From Phoronis australis (taxonomy: Eukaryota; Animalia; Phoronida): DNA of 64,000 nucleotides. The notes under the pieces are model-generated. The model searched no databases. It was not told where the DNA came from and saw only the letters and a program-made list of their open reading frames with translations. The stretch covers positions 196,959-260,958 of the forward strand of contig NMRA01000181.1 of the NCBI GenBank assembly GCA_002633005.1. Reading direction: 5' to 3'. Positions 62,451 through 64,000 of this stretch are shown here, piece by piece; position 1 is the first letter of the stretch; every line of letters starts with the position of its first letter. Made by a program: the position numbers and the translations under genes.

Positions 62451-64000
62451 GTACATGGCATCTTAAAGTGTTGGTGTTGTATTACCACCGCAACGTTTCT
62501 CTTGACAGCTGTCAATTGCAGTCCTTTCAATATAAATTTGGAGTACATACATGCAAAGTTCCACTCTAACACGTAGTGTAGAAACTGGCAGATCTCTAAT
62601 GTCAAAAGGCGGGCAGGGGGGAAATACAGATTTAAAATGATACATGTATATATCTATGTGTCCTAAAAACGACTTGTCGACAGAGATTTTTAATCCTGGC
62701 CGTCCTCTAATCTGTTCTTGTGTAATGCCCTCTAACAACACATGAGCATTTTGTCGTCGAATATACCGCAAAGGACGATTTGTAGTTCGGAAATGTGACA
62801 TTCTCGACATGAGAGCATTTTATCAAACATCTCGTCATGAAACCCTTGGCACGACCACTGATACTTCTGGTCTCTAAATGACTAAAACACGGAACGACAC
62901 AACAGAAGTTGTCTGTCATAAGCCATTAAGTGCTCAGTGGCATGTAATAAATTCTATGACATTAGTTTTTATGGTACTTCGAATGTATGAGCTAGCTCAA
63001 TTTTGGGGGTCCGTCCTGGGTTTCTGGCAGACCCTTCCTATAGTATAATTTGTCTGTCATAGCTCATTATCCGGTGTTCAGTGCCGTACGATTTGTCGTT
63101 TCATGTAATTTAGTTCTGACCGGTGTCTCGAATGTCTTTAAGAGAGTTTTCGCAAAACGACCTGAATGTGAAATATCACGCATATACATTTGCGCGTGCC
63201 GATTCGCAACAGCTAATTTTTATTGCAACGTGAAAGTAAATATGAACCGAATAACTGAGCTCAGGGTGTCCAGTTATCGCAGTACATATCCGCTAGATTA
63301 CAAACTACTTACAAATCACTTTGCGAATGCACCTTCTTTTATTTTCATTCTCATAACTTCTAACACAAATAATTCAATTCAATTTAGTAATTTTCTTACT
63401 TAATTTTGCGATGAGATTCAATGTGTTGTGTTCCACAACTAGCCTCCTCCTGTCATTCTTTTCAATTTCAAGCCTCTCCTCTTTTCCCTTCTCCTCCATT
63501 TCAAACTTTTCCCGTTCCAGGGTTATCCCTGACTTGCTCTAGTGTTTTCAGCTCTGCATCATGATTTTCTTTGAGACAGTTGATGGACAATCGGTACGTG
63601 TACGTTTTACGGAGTCTTGAATGAAACACGTTGTTTAATTGTATTGTATGTTGCTGCTTTCCATAATGCTACAGGTATGCAAGATAGGAATATATGTAAA
63701 AAAGTCGTTTATACAAACTCTTGTGAAAAATGGTAAACTCTTGTAATGCACAATTTATTCTCAGTTGAATGTAAATTAAGCATATAAAAACCAACAAGGC
63801 CTTCCTTCAACTAGACTTTTAAGAACCTTTATAAACAAAAAGAATGGTTTTGATTTATACTGAAGAAAAGCAGTAAGATTGAAAACCCTATCAAAATAAA
63901 TAGCGTTCCGATGTCTTGCCAAATAAGAATTAAAAAGGGGCCACGGGTTTCGTGTTTAAAGCTACTTGAATATCTGTGTATTCGCTTAAAATACGCAAAC

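Noticed and set aside
63500-63600. Terminal exon candidates (GLSLTCSSVFSSAS* or ALHHDFL*)
   Set aside because: Several AG acceptors are plausible and none can be chosen; the gene may continue beyond the window.

Overview
Animal (most likely marine invertebrate) nuclear DNA, AT-rich and dense in transposons, with a 400-N gap (18057-18456) and a single N at 25308. Most listed ORFs are noise. The backbone is one large + strand intron-rich gene reconstructed from splice signals. It has a 23-aa signal peptide split over three tiny exons (6521-6533, 10870-10908, 19579-19596: MWIQGCGISLVFCLLIQATTAKA), five near-identical 171-bp thrombospondin type-1 (TSP1) exons in a tandem exon+intron array of about 1.9 kb per unit (about 19890-33116, the sixth unit lacks its exon), one divergent TSP1 exon (52969-53115) and three Sushi/CCP-like exons (58025-58222 with a GC donor, 60503-60724, 62244-62450). 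All introns are phase 1 and the joined frame is open for 566 codons; the 3' end is not resolved. The introns and upstream region hold two Kolobok-type THAP elements (TTAA TSD), a decayed Academ element (CTA TSD), a Naiad-like Penelope element in a (TA)n tract interrupted by an ISL2EU-like element (AT TSD), and an Ngaro/DIRS tyrosine-recombinase retroelement that lacks RT/RNase H but keeps an intact YR and carries a LINE insertion (10-bp TSD). Also present are RTEX-like and HERO-like LINE fragments, a Gypsy relic, a Helentron-like repeat with four CTCF-like motifs, and twin near-perfect hairpins just upstream of an exon. TE family names come from recalled motifs and TSD rules, not from database searches.
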